64,000 bases of DNA, taken from assembly GCA_963840035.1 (NCBI GenBank), contig CAWIXE010000001.1, positions 832,001-896,000 of the forward strand. Direction: 5' to 3'. A program made the translations under genes and the position numbers. The stretch's first letter is position 1. Each line of letters begins with the position of its first letter. This DNA is from a candidate division FCPU426 bacterium (GTDB taxonomy: Bacteria; Oederibacteriota; PGYV01; Palsa-1178). Shown one piece after another: positions 47,701 to 56,564 of the stretch. Under the pieces are notes generated by a model that was given only the letters and a program-made list of their open reading frames with translations, was not told where the DNA came from and ran no database searches.

Positions 47701-48175
47701 GCTGCAGTCAAATGACTGGAGCTATACAAACACGTCTAATTTCATCGACTGGAATAAAGTAACGGGATACACTAACGGAACCCTTGTTTACGGGCAGGAA
47801 CCGGCCTCGGCGGCAAGCACTCTGAAGGTGGCCAGTGTAACCACCTACCCGAACCCGGCGCAGCAGTCAGCCGGAGCGACCATCAAATACACGATCAACA
47901 GTTCAGGCACAACAGCGCTTTCAGCGAATGAGGCCGGCATCACGGACCCGTCAGCAACTGTTGTCATTCAGATGTACACGGTATACGGCAGGCTTGTATG
48001 GGAGAAAAAACTAAGCGGCGCGCCTTATGTTTCCACGGGCGAACACGTGACGCAGTGGGATGGAAAAGTTATGGGCACATCCACCCTTGCAGCCGGATTA
48101 TATACGCTGAAAGTTTCCATAACATCAAACGACGGGACAAGCAACGGCTTTTCCAGGATGGTGCTTTTAAAATAG
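44795..48175 (+). CDS. Secreted GH30 (glucuronoxylanase XynC-like) + CBM11/CIA30-like + PT linker + CBM3 + YPNP C-terminal domain
   Basis: IRGFGAS, GLSIIR, NEPDY, WMTE, YNAW.YWW, YSKFIRPG; CBM3 'P.FRIVNTG..PL.L...VRYWF...Q.RF.K.DW....QSNDWSY...LVYG.EP'. Confidence 0.88.
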   Translation: MGIKAIGVVRNLILVFAVTFLSAAAANAGTSSVNAGVTHQVIRGFGASNAWSDCGSCTPGSAKNAWFTPANLDMLFSTSGNGIGLSIIRMRIPPDSSQFGSAIAPVQGAAARGAIVMATEWTPPPQWKSANTTANSNGEYLLPANYQNYANYLRDFVNTMKNTYNVNIYALCGSNEPDYKVSYDGCSWDGTQELNFIKNYLGPTFATAGLATKIIVGESYANNFAITDPTLNDPVAANYVSIAAVHTYGGGPSAYPLAVSKGKEYWMTEMANFQPYESDMTGTNGGGLVWAGRIHTGLVNSEYNAWIYWWLSSDASNEGLTHPTLGNPKRFYVMGNYSKFIRPGFIRIDASQPGSGVTCSAYKEPSGTGYVIVAINTGAAVNTTFNLTGISAASFTPHITSSSLNLAAQAAVTVSGSSFTYTLPAQSVVSFVASGPPATATHTPNPAWSKTFTPTASPTPYGVMLDTMEDGDNANNWGGNWYSYSGTGTTITPKPFNMTAGGMTGSANYRASIIATVADYAGMGTNLNAAETAVDMTNYTSVEFYVKGNGGSYWFQFTQPSITDGDNFGMTFTAPATWTKVTIPLDAEVLTQRGYGAASTFTKNAIAALQWASNANGALDIQIDNVQFLSSVPMSPTNTPPVPTSTFTRTPVPPTATFTKTNTAVAPTGTFTRTPVPPTSTFTMTNTPVPPTATQTKTNTAVAPTSTSSAVPSATNTQIIPVNTATATAVIPSATPTANIPVPTNTNTAVPPTALPTNTNTAVPPTALPTNTNTAVPPTALPTNTNTAVPPTALPTNTNTAVPPTAMPTKTNTPVPPTALPTKTNTPYIPAASATFTPTTGPVIISFKIMLKEADNNNSTNSPHPQFRIVNTGNMPLNLNNVEVRYWFNCDCTGQALQVYVDYADLKSGNSVTAVTSKLNTAIAATTLGNQSHYVSFRFNSGTMPAIIVPPGDHAEVQARFNKSDWSPMLQSNDWSYTNTSNFIDWNKVTGYTNGTLVYGQEPASAASTLKVASVTTYPNPAQQSAGATIKYTINSSGTTALSANEAGITDPSATVVIQMYTVYGRLVWEKKLSGAPYVSTGEHVTQWDGKVMGTSTLAAGLYTLKVSITSNDGTSNGFSRMVLLK
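47042..47275 (+). repeat. Intragenic 39-bp tandem repeat x6 (VPPTALPTNTNTA)
   Basis: Units start at 47042, 47081, 47120, 47159 (near-identical) and 47198, 47237 (diverged). Confidence 0.9.
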
Positions 48176-48198
48176 TGCTGTTTTAAAATGTTTGCCAA

Positions 48199-48387
48199 GT
48201 AGAGACGGGGCTGGTTCCCGTCGCAGACAACGGCGCGGAGATTCAACCGAGACGCCCGCGAGGGGCGTCTTTACGGATTTTATTTTTTTGATGGATTGAC
48301 AACGAAAAAAACTTGTAGAGACGTGGCTAGTCCCCGTCTCAGACAACTGCACGTTTAAACCGAGACGCCCGCGAGGGGCGTCTCTAC
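48199..48387. repeat. Two tandem inverted pairs of GTAGAGAC-type REPs
   Basis: gtagagacg....ccgtc.cagacaac...ccgagacgcccgcgaggggcgtct(c/t)tacggatttt, twice. Confidence 0.8.
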
Positions 48388-48423
48388 GGATTTTATATAA
48401 TAATGATTCAAAGCGAGGCAAAG

Positions 48424-50496
48424 ATGAAAAGGCAGGTCTTAAAAGCACTTGTGCTGGCGTTGCTTCTTATTGCCGGTGTGGACCTGTTCGCTGCAGACAA
48501 GCAGTATGCTTTCGCCCTTGATTATTCCGCCATACCCGCGGATATATTCAAAAAGCAGATAACCATAAGCGTGTCAGTGGGAACGGCAGCCTCGTGCAAT
48601 GTAACCGCGGACGGAGTGAGCATCGCAAATAATTATAACGCCGCAGCCGGGACATGCTGGTTCTCGCTTACAAGGACTGCCGCAAGCGTAGTGGTTACCG
48701 CGGTGAACTGGACAGCCGGAGGAACGGGCGCCGCCACAAAGACAACCCTTTTCAACAACAAAAAATGGGCTTACTCCTTCACCTTTGACGACAATTACGC
48801 CGCGGATTATACGATTGTATACCCATACTTTTCCGCGAGGAATTTAAGGGCGGGCATAGGTGTTGTCACAAACTGGATAGGCGGGGGAGGGTACTTAAAC
48901 AGGACGCAGCTTGACGCGCTTTTTAACGCGGGCTGGTCTATCATAAACCATTCTGTCAGCCACCCTCAGGGGACGATATCCTGCTCTAACCTTGCCGCAA
49001 ATATAGGCGCGGCAAAAACCACGCTGGAGTCATGGTACCCGACAAACTATAAAAACATATGGTATATATATCCGTATCTGGAAATGGGTTATAAGACCTG
49101 CTTGTCCACAGCCGGTTACGTGCGCGGGGCAGAAGGCGTGGACGGCACTAATTACGTGGATAATTTCCCCACTGATTTTTACAACACATACAGGCACGGG
49201 CTTTACGCGAATGTCCCGGCTGCCACGGCAAATGGCTGGGCTGATTCAGCGGCGTCAAACGCAAGGCCCGTGTGGATGATAACATTTACCCACAACACCG
49301 TGGCGGGCAGCGGATCTCCGGGAACTTATGATACCAATCAGGCAACACTTGAATCGCACATCAATTACGTGTACACCACATACGGCGAGGGCGGGACAAC
49401 AAAGAACATGTGGTTCGCGCCCTCCGATGAAGTGCTTATGTACCTTTATACGAGGCAATACCTCGTTATCAGCGCTGTGGCTGTCCAGACGCCGACAAAC
49501 ACGCCAATAATAGCCACACATACATTTACACCATCTAAAACATATACATGGACCGCTACCGTCACCCATACGGCAACAAGGACCATAACAGCCTCGCCGA
49601 TTAATACCGCCACACATACGCCGACAGTCACGCTCACATCAAGCCGCAGCGCTACAGCCAGCCCGACGTTTTCACCTGTTAACACGGCGACATTTACCGC
49701 CACTGTTTCCTCCACGCACACGGCAACAACAAACCCCACGGAAACTTTTACTGAAACAAAATCCTGCACACAAACGCAAACCCCGGCAATATCTTCCACG
49801 GGTACATCCACGGCCCAGCCGACGCATACCGCTACGCTGGTTCATACTGATACGGCGACATTAACGGCCACGCCGCAGCACAGCGCGACATTAACGGCGA
49901 CAGCCACGCCCACAAGTCCGGCAGCGGAAACCTCTACAAATACGCCATTATCAACTGCCACAAATACTCCGGCAGATACCTCAACCGTTACGCCGCAGCC
50001 GACAAAAACAAATACATCCCAGCCGTCCGCGACAAATACTTTTACAGCGGTTATCATACCATCAGCCACTGTTACGCCTACAAGCACGGCAACAAAGATA
50101 TCAACCGCCGTGCCCACTCAGACAAACACCCCGGCCGTACCGTCGCCGACATTTACCCCGACAGCCGCCGCAACACAAGCGGATTTCAGGGTAACGGTGG
50201 AAAACATTTATCCAAATCCGTACTATCCGGCGAAATCCGACGTTAAGCTTATAATACACGTGAATAATAATTCCGGATGGTACAGCCTGAAGATTTACAC
50301 ATCCGCGTTCCGGCTCGTCAGGAACATACCCCTTTATGGCAACCCCGCAGCAGGCAGGGATGTGCTTACGGCAAACCGCAGGAATTTCGCAGGGCTTTCC
50401 GGCGGGACATATTACTACGCGCTCGCGGCAGTATCGGACAAGGGCGCCACTGTATTGAGTAAACCCGGTTATATCATGATACTAAATACACCTTAA
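48424..50496 (+). CDS. Secreted polysaccharide deacetylase (NodB/CE4-like) + Thr-rich linker + YPNP C-terminal domain
   Basis: Signal peptide; FTFDD (motif 1), NHSVSHP (motif 2), YPY. Confidence 0.8.
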   Translation: MKRQVLKALVLALLLIAGVDLFAADKQYAFALDYSAIPADIFKKQITISVSVGTAASCNVTADGVSIANNYNAAAGTCWFSLTRTAASVVVTAVNWTAGGTGAATKTTLFNNKKWAYSFTFDDNYAADYTIVYPYFSARNLRAGIGVVTNWIGGGGYLNRTQLDALFNAGWSIINHSVSHPQGTISCSNLAANIGAAKTTLESWYPTNYKNIWYIYPYLEMGYKTCLSTAGYVRGAEGVDGTNYVDNFPTDFYNTYRHGLYANVPAATANGWADSAASNARPVWMITFTHNTVAGSGSPGTYDTNQATLESHINYVYTTYGEGGTTKNMWFAPSDEVLMYLYTRQYLVISAVAVQTPTNTPIIATHTFTPSKTYTWTATVTHTATRTITASPINTATHTPTVTLTSSRSATASPTFSPVNTATFTATVSSTHTATTNPTETFTETKSCTQTQTPAISSTGTSTAQPTHTATLVHTDTATLTATPQHSATLTATATPTSPAAETSTNTPLSTATNTPADTSTVTPQPTKTNTSQPSATNTFTAVIIPSATVTPTSTATKISTAVPTQTNTPAVPSPTFTPTAAATQADFRVTVENIYPNPYYPAKSDVKLIIHVNNNSGWYSLKIYTSAFRLVRNIPLYGNPAAGRDVLTANRRNFAGLSGGTYYYALAAVSDKGATVLSKPGYIMILNTP

Positions 50497-51012
50497 CCCT
50501 TACCCTTAATTCTTATCCTTAGCCTTTAGACCTTGCTGTAAAAAAGCAAAGGCTAAGAGCTAAGGGTACGGGATAAGGATGAGGGTTAAGGAGTGCCTTA
50601 ACCCTTACCCTTAATTCTTATCCTTAGCCTTTAGACCTTGCTGTAAAAAAGCAAAGGCTAAGAGCTAAGGGTAAGGGATAAGGATGAGGGTTAAGGAGCG
50701 CCTTAACCCTTACCCTTAATTCTTATCCTTAGCCTTTAGACCTTGCTGTAAAAAAGCAAAGGCTAAGAGCTAAGGGTACGGGATAAGGATGAGGGTTAAG
50801 GAGTGCCTTAACCCTTACCCTTAATTCTTATCCTTAGCCTTTGGACCTTGCTATAAAAAAGCAAAGGCTAAGAGCTAAGGGTAAGGGATAAGGATGAGGG
50901 TTAAGGAGCGCCTTAACCCTTACCCTTAATTCTTATCCTTAGCCTTTGGACCTAGCTGATTAAAAAGCAAAGTCTAAGAGCTAAGGGTAAGGGTTAAGTA
51001 TAAGGGTTAAGG
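50491..51012. repeat. Tandem array of five 105-bp hairpin units with CCCTTA/TAAGGG-periodic arms
   Basis: Units start at 50491, 50596, 50701, 50806, 50911; units 1 and 3 are identical; no unique spacers. Confidence 0.92.
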
Positions 51013-51098
51013 GAACCGTATATAACCCCGCCCCGTATGATATTGATTTATCCAGGTTAATAATTTATAATAGGTTTATATTCAAAAGGGAGAATGTT

Positions 51099-52139
51099 TT
51101 GAAACAGCAGATAAAAACAACAACCATAAAAGATATCGCAAAAAAGCTCGGGATAAACCACTCTACCGTTTCCAGGGCCTTAAGGGGCCATCATTCCGTG
51201 AAAAAGGAAACAGCCGACAGGATAAAGCAGCTGGCCGCAGAGATGGATTATATGCCGAACATGGCAGCGCGCGGGCTTGTGAAGGGCAAATCCGAAGCCA
51301 TAGCCTTTATCAGCACCCGTTTTGCCGCGCCTTTTATATCAAATGTCCTTGATTCCTTTGAACAGCGCGCGTTCTATACAAACCGTTATGTGCACGGCAT
51401 TTCACCCTACTCCACCCGCAACGAAGAGCCGCTTAAAGAACTGCTTTTAAAGAGGATTTTACGCGGAAAGATGGCTGACGCGGTTGTTATGCTGACCTTA
51501 AGGCCGCGTGAGGAAACACTGGAGGAGTATAAAAGAGCCGGAGTGCCTGTCATACTTATCGAGTACAGCATGAAAGGCGCCCACTCAATAACCATTAATA
51601 ATTTTGGCGGAGCTGAGAAAGCAGTCAGGCACTTAATAGGCATGGGCCGGAAAAATATCGGGCTTATAAACGGAGAAACCATACAGCCGCCGAGCATGGA
51701 CGTGAACACTGTGGCTGTGGACAGGAAGATGGGTTATGTGGCGGCCCTTGAAAAGCACGGGATGCAGGCGAAAGAAAGCAATATGGAAGTGATACACGCG
51801 TACAGATATGAAGACGGAAAAAAAGCGCTCGACAATTTCCTGAAAAAATCCGTGAAGCCGGACGCTATATTCTGCGCGGCCGGGGATATCGTGGCTATGG
51901 GAGTGCTGGAGCGCGCGGATGAGCTTGGAATAAAAATACCAGGGGATATCGCGGTAGTCGGCTTTGACGACGTGCTCGCGGCCAGGCACTTAAACCCTCC
52001 GCTGACCACGGTGCGGCAGCCGCTGGAAGAGATAGGAAACATGGCTTTTGATATAACCATAGAGGCCATAGACGGCAAACTTAAAAAGGATAAGAATGTG
52101 ATTATAGAACCGGAACTTATTATAAGGAAGTCCGCATGA
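51099..52139 (+). CDS. LacI-family transcriptional regulator
   Basis: TIKDIAKKLGINHSTVSRAL, IP.DIAVVGFDD, PPLTTVRQP; upstream ttgatt-N17-tataat at 51043-51071. Confidence 0.93.
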   Translation: MKQQIKTTTIKDIAKKLGINHSTVSRALRGHHSVKKETADRIKQLAAEMDYMPNMAARGLVKGKSEAIAFISTRFAAPFISNVLDSFEQRAFYTNRYVHGISPYSTRNEEPLKELLLKRILRGKMADAVVMLTLRPREETLEEYKRAGVPVILIEYSMKGAHSITINNFGGAEKAVRHLIGMGRKNIGLINGETIQPPSMDVNTVAVDRKMGYVAALEKHGMQAKESNMEVIHAYRYEDGKKALDNFLKKSVKPDAIFCAAGDIVAMGVLERADELGIKIPGDIAVVGFDDVLAARHLNPPLTTVRQPLEEIGNMAFDITIEAIDGKLKKDKNVIIEPELIIRKSA

Positions 52140-53128
52140 TAACAATCAAGGACATCGCGAAAAAACTCGGGATAAACCACGGCACTGTTTCCCGCGCCAT
52201 ACACAATGACCCGCGGGTTAACGCGGTCACTAAGCGCAGGGTCATGGAACTTGTTAAAGAGATGAATTACGTGCCGAATATGGCTGCCAGGGGGCTGGCC
52301 CGGGGCAAGTCCTACACCATAGCGGTCGTAACTTTTTCATATTTTTCCACTTTTGCCGCGGAGCTTATGAGGGGCATAGAAACGGAGATCATAAAAACAA
52401 AATATGGCATCATATATTACTCCACCAGCAGGTTTACATACGTCGGCACCGCGGACAGGGACGCATATATATATGAAAAAATCCTGAATGAAAAAAAGGC
52501 TGACGCGCTCATAGTTTTTTCCGGGATATTGTACGGAAAAAAAGGAATTACCGAGCGTTATAAAAAGGCCGGGATTCCGCTGGTCTTCATCGAAGGCAAG
52601 GATACCTGGGGAAGCAGGGTGCATTACGACAACATGGCGGCCGCCGGTTTGGCTGTAAAGCATTTTCAGGAGAGGAAAAGGAAGAAGATAGGCATGTTAA
52701 CCGGAAATACCCTGGATGTGCAGAGCTTCAAGGAGAGAAAAGCCGGATTTTTAAAAGCCCTCGGCCAGGACGCGGCGGCGAATATATTTGAGTATCAGGA
52801 AAATACTCCCGAGATGATAGTAAGCGCCTATAATTTTTTTAAGCTCAATAAGATAGACGCGGTCTATGTGGCCTCAGGCGATGACCACGCGCTGAAGCTT
52901 TTGAAGGAAGCGCAAAAAATGGGGCTGCGGGTTCCGGAGGACATGGCAATAATAGGCCAGGACGACACCACAGCCGCTGTCGCGGGTGACATAACCACGA
53001 TAAGGCAGCCCATAACAGAGATGGGAAAAAAGGCGGTGGAAATCGCGGTCAGGGCGCTGGATGAAAAGGATGATACTTTAAGGGATGAGGTACTATATCC
53101 GGAGCTGGTTGTAAGGAAGACGACATAG
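52136..53128 (+). CDS. LacI-family transcriptional regulator (close paralog of 43511-44524)
   Basis: HTH as above; shares ELMRGIE/DIMRGIE, YYSTS, EKILNEKKADA, ERYKKAGI, FIEG/YIEG and RVHYDN with the 43.5-kb LacI. Confidence 0.93.
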   Translation: MITIKDIAKKLGINHGTVSRAIHNDPRVNAVTKRRVMELVKEMNYVPNMAARGLARGKSYTIAVVTFSYFSTFAAELMRGIETEIIKTKYGIIYYSTSRFTYVGTADRDAYIYEKILNEKKADALIVFSGILYGKKGITERYKKAGIPLVFIEGKDTWGSRVHYDNMAAAGLAVKHFQERKRKKIGMLTGNTLDVQSFKERKAGFLKALGQDAAANIFEYQENTPEMIVSAYNFFKLNKIDAVYVASGDDHALKLLKEAQKMGLRVPEDMAIIGQDDTTAAVAGDITTIRQPITEMGKKAVEIAVRALDEKDDTLRDEVLYPELVVRKTT

Positions 53129-53202
53129 GGCAATTTTCAATTTTATATTTTCGATTTTCAATTAACCGCATTTTGTGCTGTTGAAAATTCAGGCTGCTGA
53201 TT

Positions 53203-53313
53203 GTCATTGCGAGGAGCCGTTCTTGATTTGTGGCGACGAAGCAATCTCGTTTTAACACTAAAGCAGCAAGATTGCTTCGTCGGCAGATAACAAATGCGCC
53301 TCCTCGCAATGAC
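53203..53313. repeat. GTCATTGCGAG palindromic element, copy 4 (opposite orientation)
   Basis: Same termini; internal asymmetric parts are reversed relative to copy 1. Confidence 0.85.
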
Positions 53314-53395
53314 AGATGTGTTATACCGCAATAAAACACCCGCCAGCATTAACCAGTTAATCATGGCTTTTTCATTGTGAAAATACGGGACACGG

Positions 53396-53440
53396 GTTTC
53401 ACGTGTTAAACTTGACGAAACCGCTTTCCCGGAGTATACT
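53396..53440 (+). promoter_or_regulatory. Sigma70 promoter with LacI-type operator
   Basis: gtttcacgtgttaaac-ttgacg(53412)-N17-tatact(53435); gaaaccgctttc palindrome with central CG extends into the spacer. Confidence 0.7.
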
Positions 53441-53546
53441 CATTATGAACTAGAGTTTAGCAAACAGCAACGAAGACCAATTTTTTTTGTCCAATTATTT
53501 AACCGTTTTACTAATACCGGCGCAGTTAAAACAACAGGAGCGGCAG

Positions 53547-56500
53547 ATGAAAAAGTTTTTTAACATCCAGTCTGTAATACTTGCTGCATTTATTTTGCTG
53601 CCTGTGATAACGCACGCCGCGGCTGTGCCCGGCAGGATAACCGTCAGCGGCACACAGTTTTCCGTGTGCGGCTCACGCATATGGATGAGCGGATGCAATA
53701 CTCCGTGGGATAACTGGAATGATTTTGGCGGCACTTATGACTCAGCCTTTTGGGAAACGCACTTTGCCGCGCTTGAGGCGGCCGGCGTGAATTCCAGCAG
53801 GATTTGGATTACATGCAGCGGCGAGGTTGGCATAAACATAGACACGGCGGGCAACGTTACCGGCGCGACAGCGGCGCACTGGTCAAATCTGGATGACATG
53901 TTTGCCAGGGCGCAGGCGCACGGCGTATATATAATGGCAACCTTAATCTCATTTGACCACTTTAAAAATACATACACCACTTATCAGCGCTGGAGGAACT
54001 GGATTGCCAGCGACGCCAATATCGACAGCTATGTAACTAATTACATAGTCCCTTTCCTCACGCGGTACGGTAACAACCCGGCGCTGTGGTCCATAGATTT
54101 AAATAACGAACCCGAGTGGGAGAGCAGCACGGAAAATACTGCTGAGCCCGCCGTATACGGGGCAATCAGCTGGACGCGTATACAGACATATTTTGCCAAA
54201 GCTGCGGTGGCCATACATAAATGGAACGCGTCAAACGGCAGCGGCCCGCTCGTGACAGTGGGCATGGGGTACATAAAATACAATTCAGACTCGCGCAGCG
54301 GAGCCTTAGGCGGCGAGAATAAACTTGCTGACGCGGATTTGTCCGCGCTTATAAGCGTGGCCGCGGACAAGCCGCTGGCAAAAATGGATTTCTGGTCCAC
54401 GCATTACTACCCCTGGCAGGATACTTACGGCGGGAAGCCGTTTACCGTAACGCCGCTTGCCTTCGGGCTGCCAAATGACAGGCCCGCGGTTGTGGGCGAG
54501 TGCCCGAATAAATACGGCTCTACAAACGGCGGCACAAATACCGCGGGATATCTAAAGACTGATTATTCAAACGCGTATAGTAACGGATGGCAGGGAGTTA
54601 TGCCATGGACATCCAACGGCGCGGGGTCAGGCGATTTCGGCGATCTTACAAATGAGTTAAGCGGCGCGTCCGGGCAGATGCTTACCATGATTCCCACGCT
54701 TGTGCGGCCTTCCTGCGCGGCAAACTCGCCGACTTTCACTCCGACGCGTACCAGGACACAGACATTTACCCCGACAAAGTCATCAACGCCGGCAAACACC
54801 GCCACATCCACCGCAACTCAGAGTTTGACACAGACAAAAAGTTCTACTTCCACATCCACAAGAACAGCAACGCCCACATATACGATGCAGATAACAGCCA
54901 CATACACTTCCACTCTGACAGCCACAAAAACAAACACAACTCAGCCAACCCCGACATTTACATCCACTAAAACAAACACACCCGCGGCTACGCCAAGCCC
55001 CACGCAGACCTCCACGCCCGCCGGAGCCTGCTGGAATCTCATATGGTCTGATGAATTTAACGGGGCCGCGATAGATCCGGCAAACTGGAATTTTGAAACC
55101 GGCTGCTCGGGTTGGGGGAACGGCGAGTGGGAAAACTACACAAATAACGGTTCAAACGCGTATGTTTCAGCGGGGAGTTTGTTCATAAAAGCGGTTAATA
55201 CCGGAGGCGGGAACTGCGGCTTTACCTCGGCTCGCATGACAACAAAGGGAAAAGTGGAAAATACTTACGGCAGGATAGAAGCCAGGATCAAAGTGCCCTA
55301 CGGCCAGGGAATATGGCCCGCCTTCTGGATGCTCGGGGCCAACATAGACACGGTCAACTGGCCGGCGTGCGGCGAGATAGACATAATGGAAATGATAGGC
55401 GGAGGCGCGACACGGGATAACGTGGCATACGGCACCGGACACTGGGACAACGGCGGCCACGCTTCATACGGCCTATCCGCTTCAGTGGCATGGCCGGAAA
55501 AACTTTCCGATAACTTCCATACATATTCGGTGGAGTGGACCGCCACGCAGCTTAAATGGTATTTTGACGGGACGCTTTACTGCACATTAAACACCAATGG
55601 CGCCGGTATGGGCTCGTTTGTCGGGAGGAATTTTTTCCTGCTTCTTAACGTGGCTGTCGGAGGCACATGGCCGGGCTACCCGGACGCGACAACCGTTTTC
55701 CCGCAGCAGATGGAAGTGGACTACGTGCGCTGGTATCAGCAGGGCGCGTGCTTACCCACCCAGACCGTAAGCCCGTCGCCGCAGAACACAATGACGCAGA
55801 CGCCGCAGGCAACAGCCACAAGGACCTCTTCGGCCACGCGAACCGCCACGCCAACCGCCACGTGGACATCCACGGCAATAATATTTACGCCGACTGATAC
55901 GGCGACACAAACATCGACCGCGGTTGTTTTCTCGCCGACAAACACGGCTGTGGTGCCGTCAAACACGGCAACACCTTCATCCACCGCCGGTTCAACCCCG
56001 TCATATACGGCAACGCCGGTTAATTCCGCGACATATACAAGCACGGCCGTATCCACGGCCACCCGTACTTACACAACAACGCCGGTTAACACCCCGGTAA
56101 ATACGCCGTCGCCTGTTAACACCGCCACAAAGACGTACACATTAATATCTACGGCCACCGGGACAGCCACAAAAATCCCGACCGGCACATATACCGCCAC
56201 AAAAACAAACACGGTACTGCCGTCCGCCACGCCCACATTTACAATGACGGCTGTAACGGGCGGGGACTTCGGGATTGAAGGCGTAACCGCATTCCCCAAC
56301 CCGTACACAAAGGGCGGTATGGGAGTATCCTTTTACCTGACGCGCCCGGCAAAGGAAATAAAGGCAGCTATATATACCGCGTCTTTCAGGAAAATAGCTG
56401 AGATAACACGCACGGGGTACTGCGCAGATAGGACGGCAATAAGTATTCCTGAAAAAGCGCTCTCAAGGTTCGGCAGCGGGACATATTACATCGCGGTTAC

Positions 56501-56564
56501 CGGGGTATCCACTGAAGGGAAAAAGGCGGCATCACGCCTGCAAAAGTTCCTTATCATAAGATAG
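53547..56564 (+). CDS. Secreted bifunctional GH5-like (clan A) + GH16 (laminarinase-type) glycoside hydrolase, Thr linkers, FPNP C-terminal domain
   Basis: N-domain NNEPEW, HYYPW, VVGE, GVMPW; second domain WSDEFNG, FTSAR, YGRIEAR.K.P.GQG.WPAFWMLG, WP.CGEIDIME. Confidence 0.87.
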   Translation: MKKFFNIQSVILAAFILLPVITHAAAVPGRITVSGTQFSVCGSRIWMSGCNTPWDNWNDFGGTYDSAFWETHFAALEAAGVNSSRIWITCSGEVGINIDTAGNVTGATAAHWSNLDDMFARAQAHGVYIMATLISFDHFKNTYTTYQRWRNWIASDANIDSYVTNYIVPFLTRYGNNPALWSIDLNNEPEWESSTENTAEPAVYGAISWTRIQTYFAKAAVAIHKWNASNGSGPLVTVGMGYIKYNSDSRSGALGGENKLADADLSALISVAADKPLAKMDFWSTHYYPWQDTYGGKPFTVTPLAFGLPNDRPAVVGECPNKYGSTNGGTNTAGYLKTDYSNAYSNGWQGVMPWTSNGAGSGDFGDLTNELSGASGQMLTMIPTLVRPSCAANSPTFTPTRTRTQTFTPTKSSTPANTATSTATQSLTQTKSSTSTSTRTATPTYTMQITATYTSTLTATKTNTTQPTPTFTSTKTNTPAATPSPTQTSTPAGACWNLIWSDEFNGAAIDPANWNFETGCSGWGNGEWENYTNNGSNAYVSAGSLFIKAVNTGGGNCGFTSARMTTKGKVENTYGRIEARIKVPYGQGIWPAFWMLGANIDTVNWPACGEIDIMEMIGGGATRDNVAYGTGHWDNGGHASYGLSASVAWPEKLSDNFHTYSVEWTATQLKWYFDGTLYCTLNTNGAGMGSFVGRNFFLLLNVAVGGTWPGYPDATTVFPQQMEVDYVRWYQQGACLPTQTVSPSPQNTMTQTPQATATRTSSATRTATPTATWTSTAIIFTPTDTATQTSTAVVFSPTNTAVVPSNTATPSSTAGSTPSYTATPVNSATYTSTAVSTATRTYTTTPVNTPVNTPSPVNTATKTYTLISTATGTATKIPTGTYTATKTNTVLPSATPTFTMTAVTGGDFGIEGVTAFPNPYTKGGMGVSFYLTRPAKEIKAAIYTASFRKIAEITRTGYCADRTAISIPEKALSRFGSGTYYIAVTGVSTEGKKAASRLQKFLIIR

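Noticed and set aside
50491..51012. CRISPR array
   Set aside because: Units are 105-bp head-to-tail copies without unique spacers, and there are no cas genes in the window.
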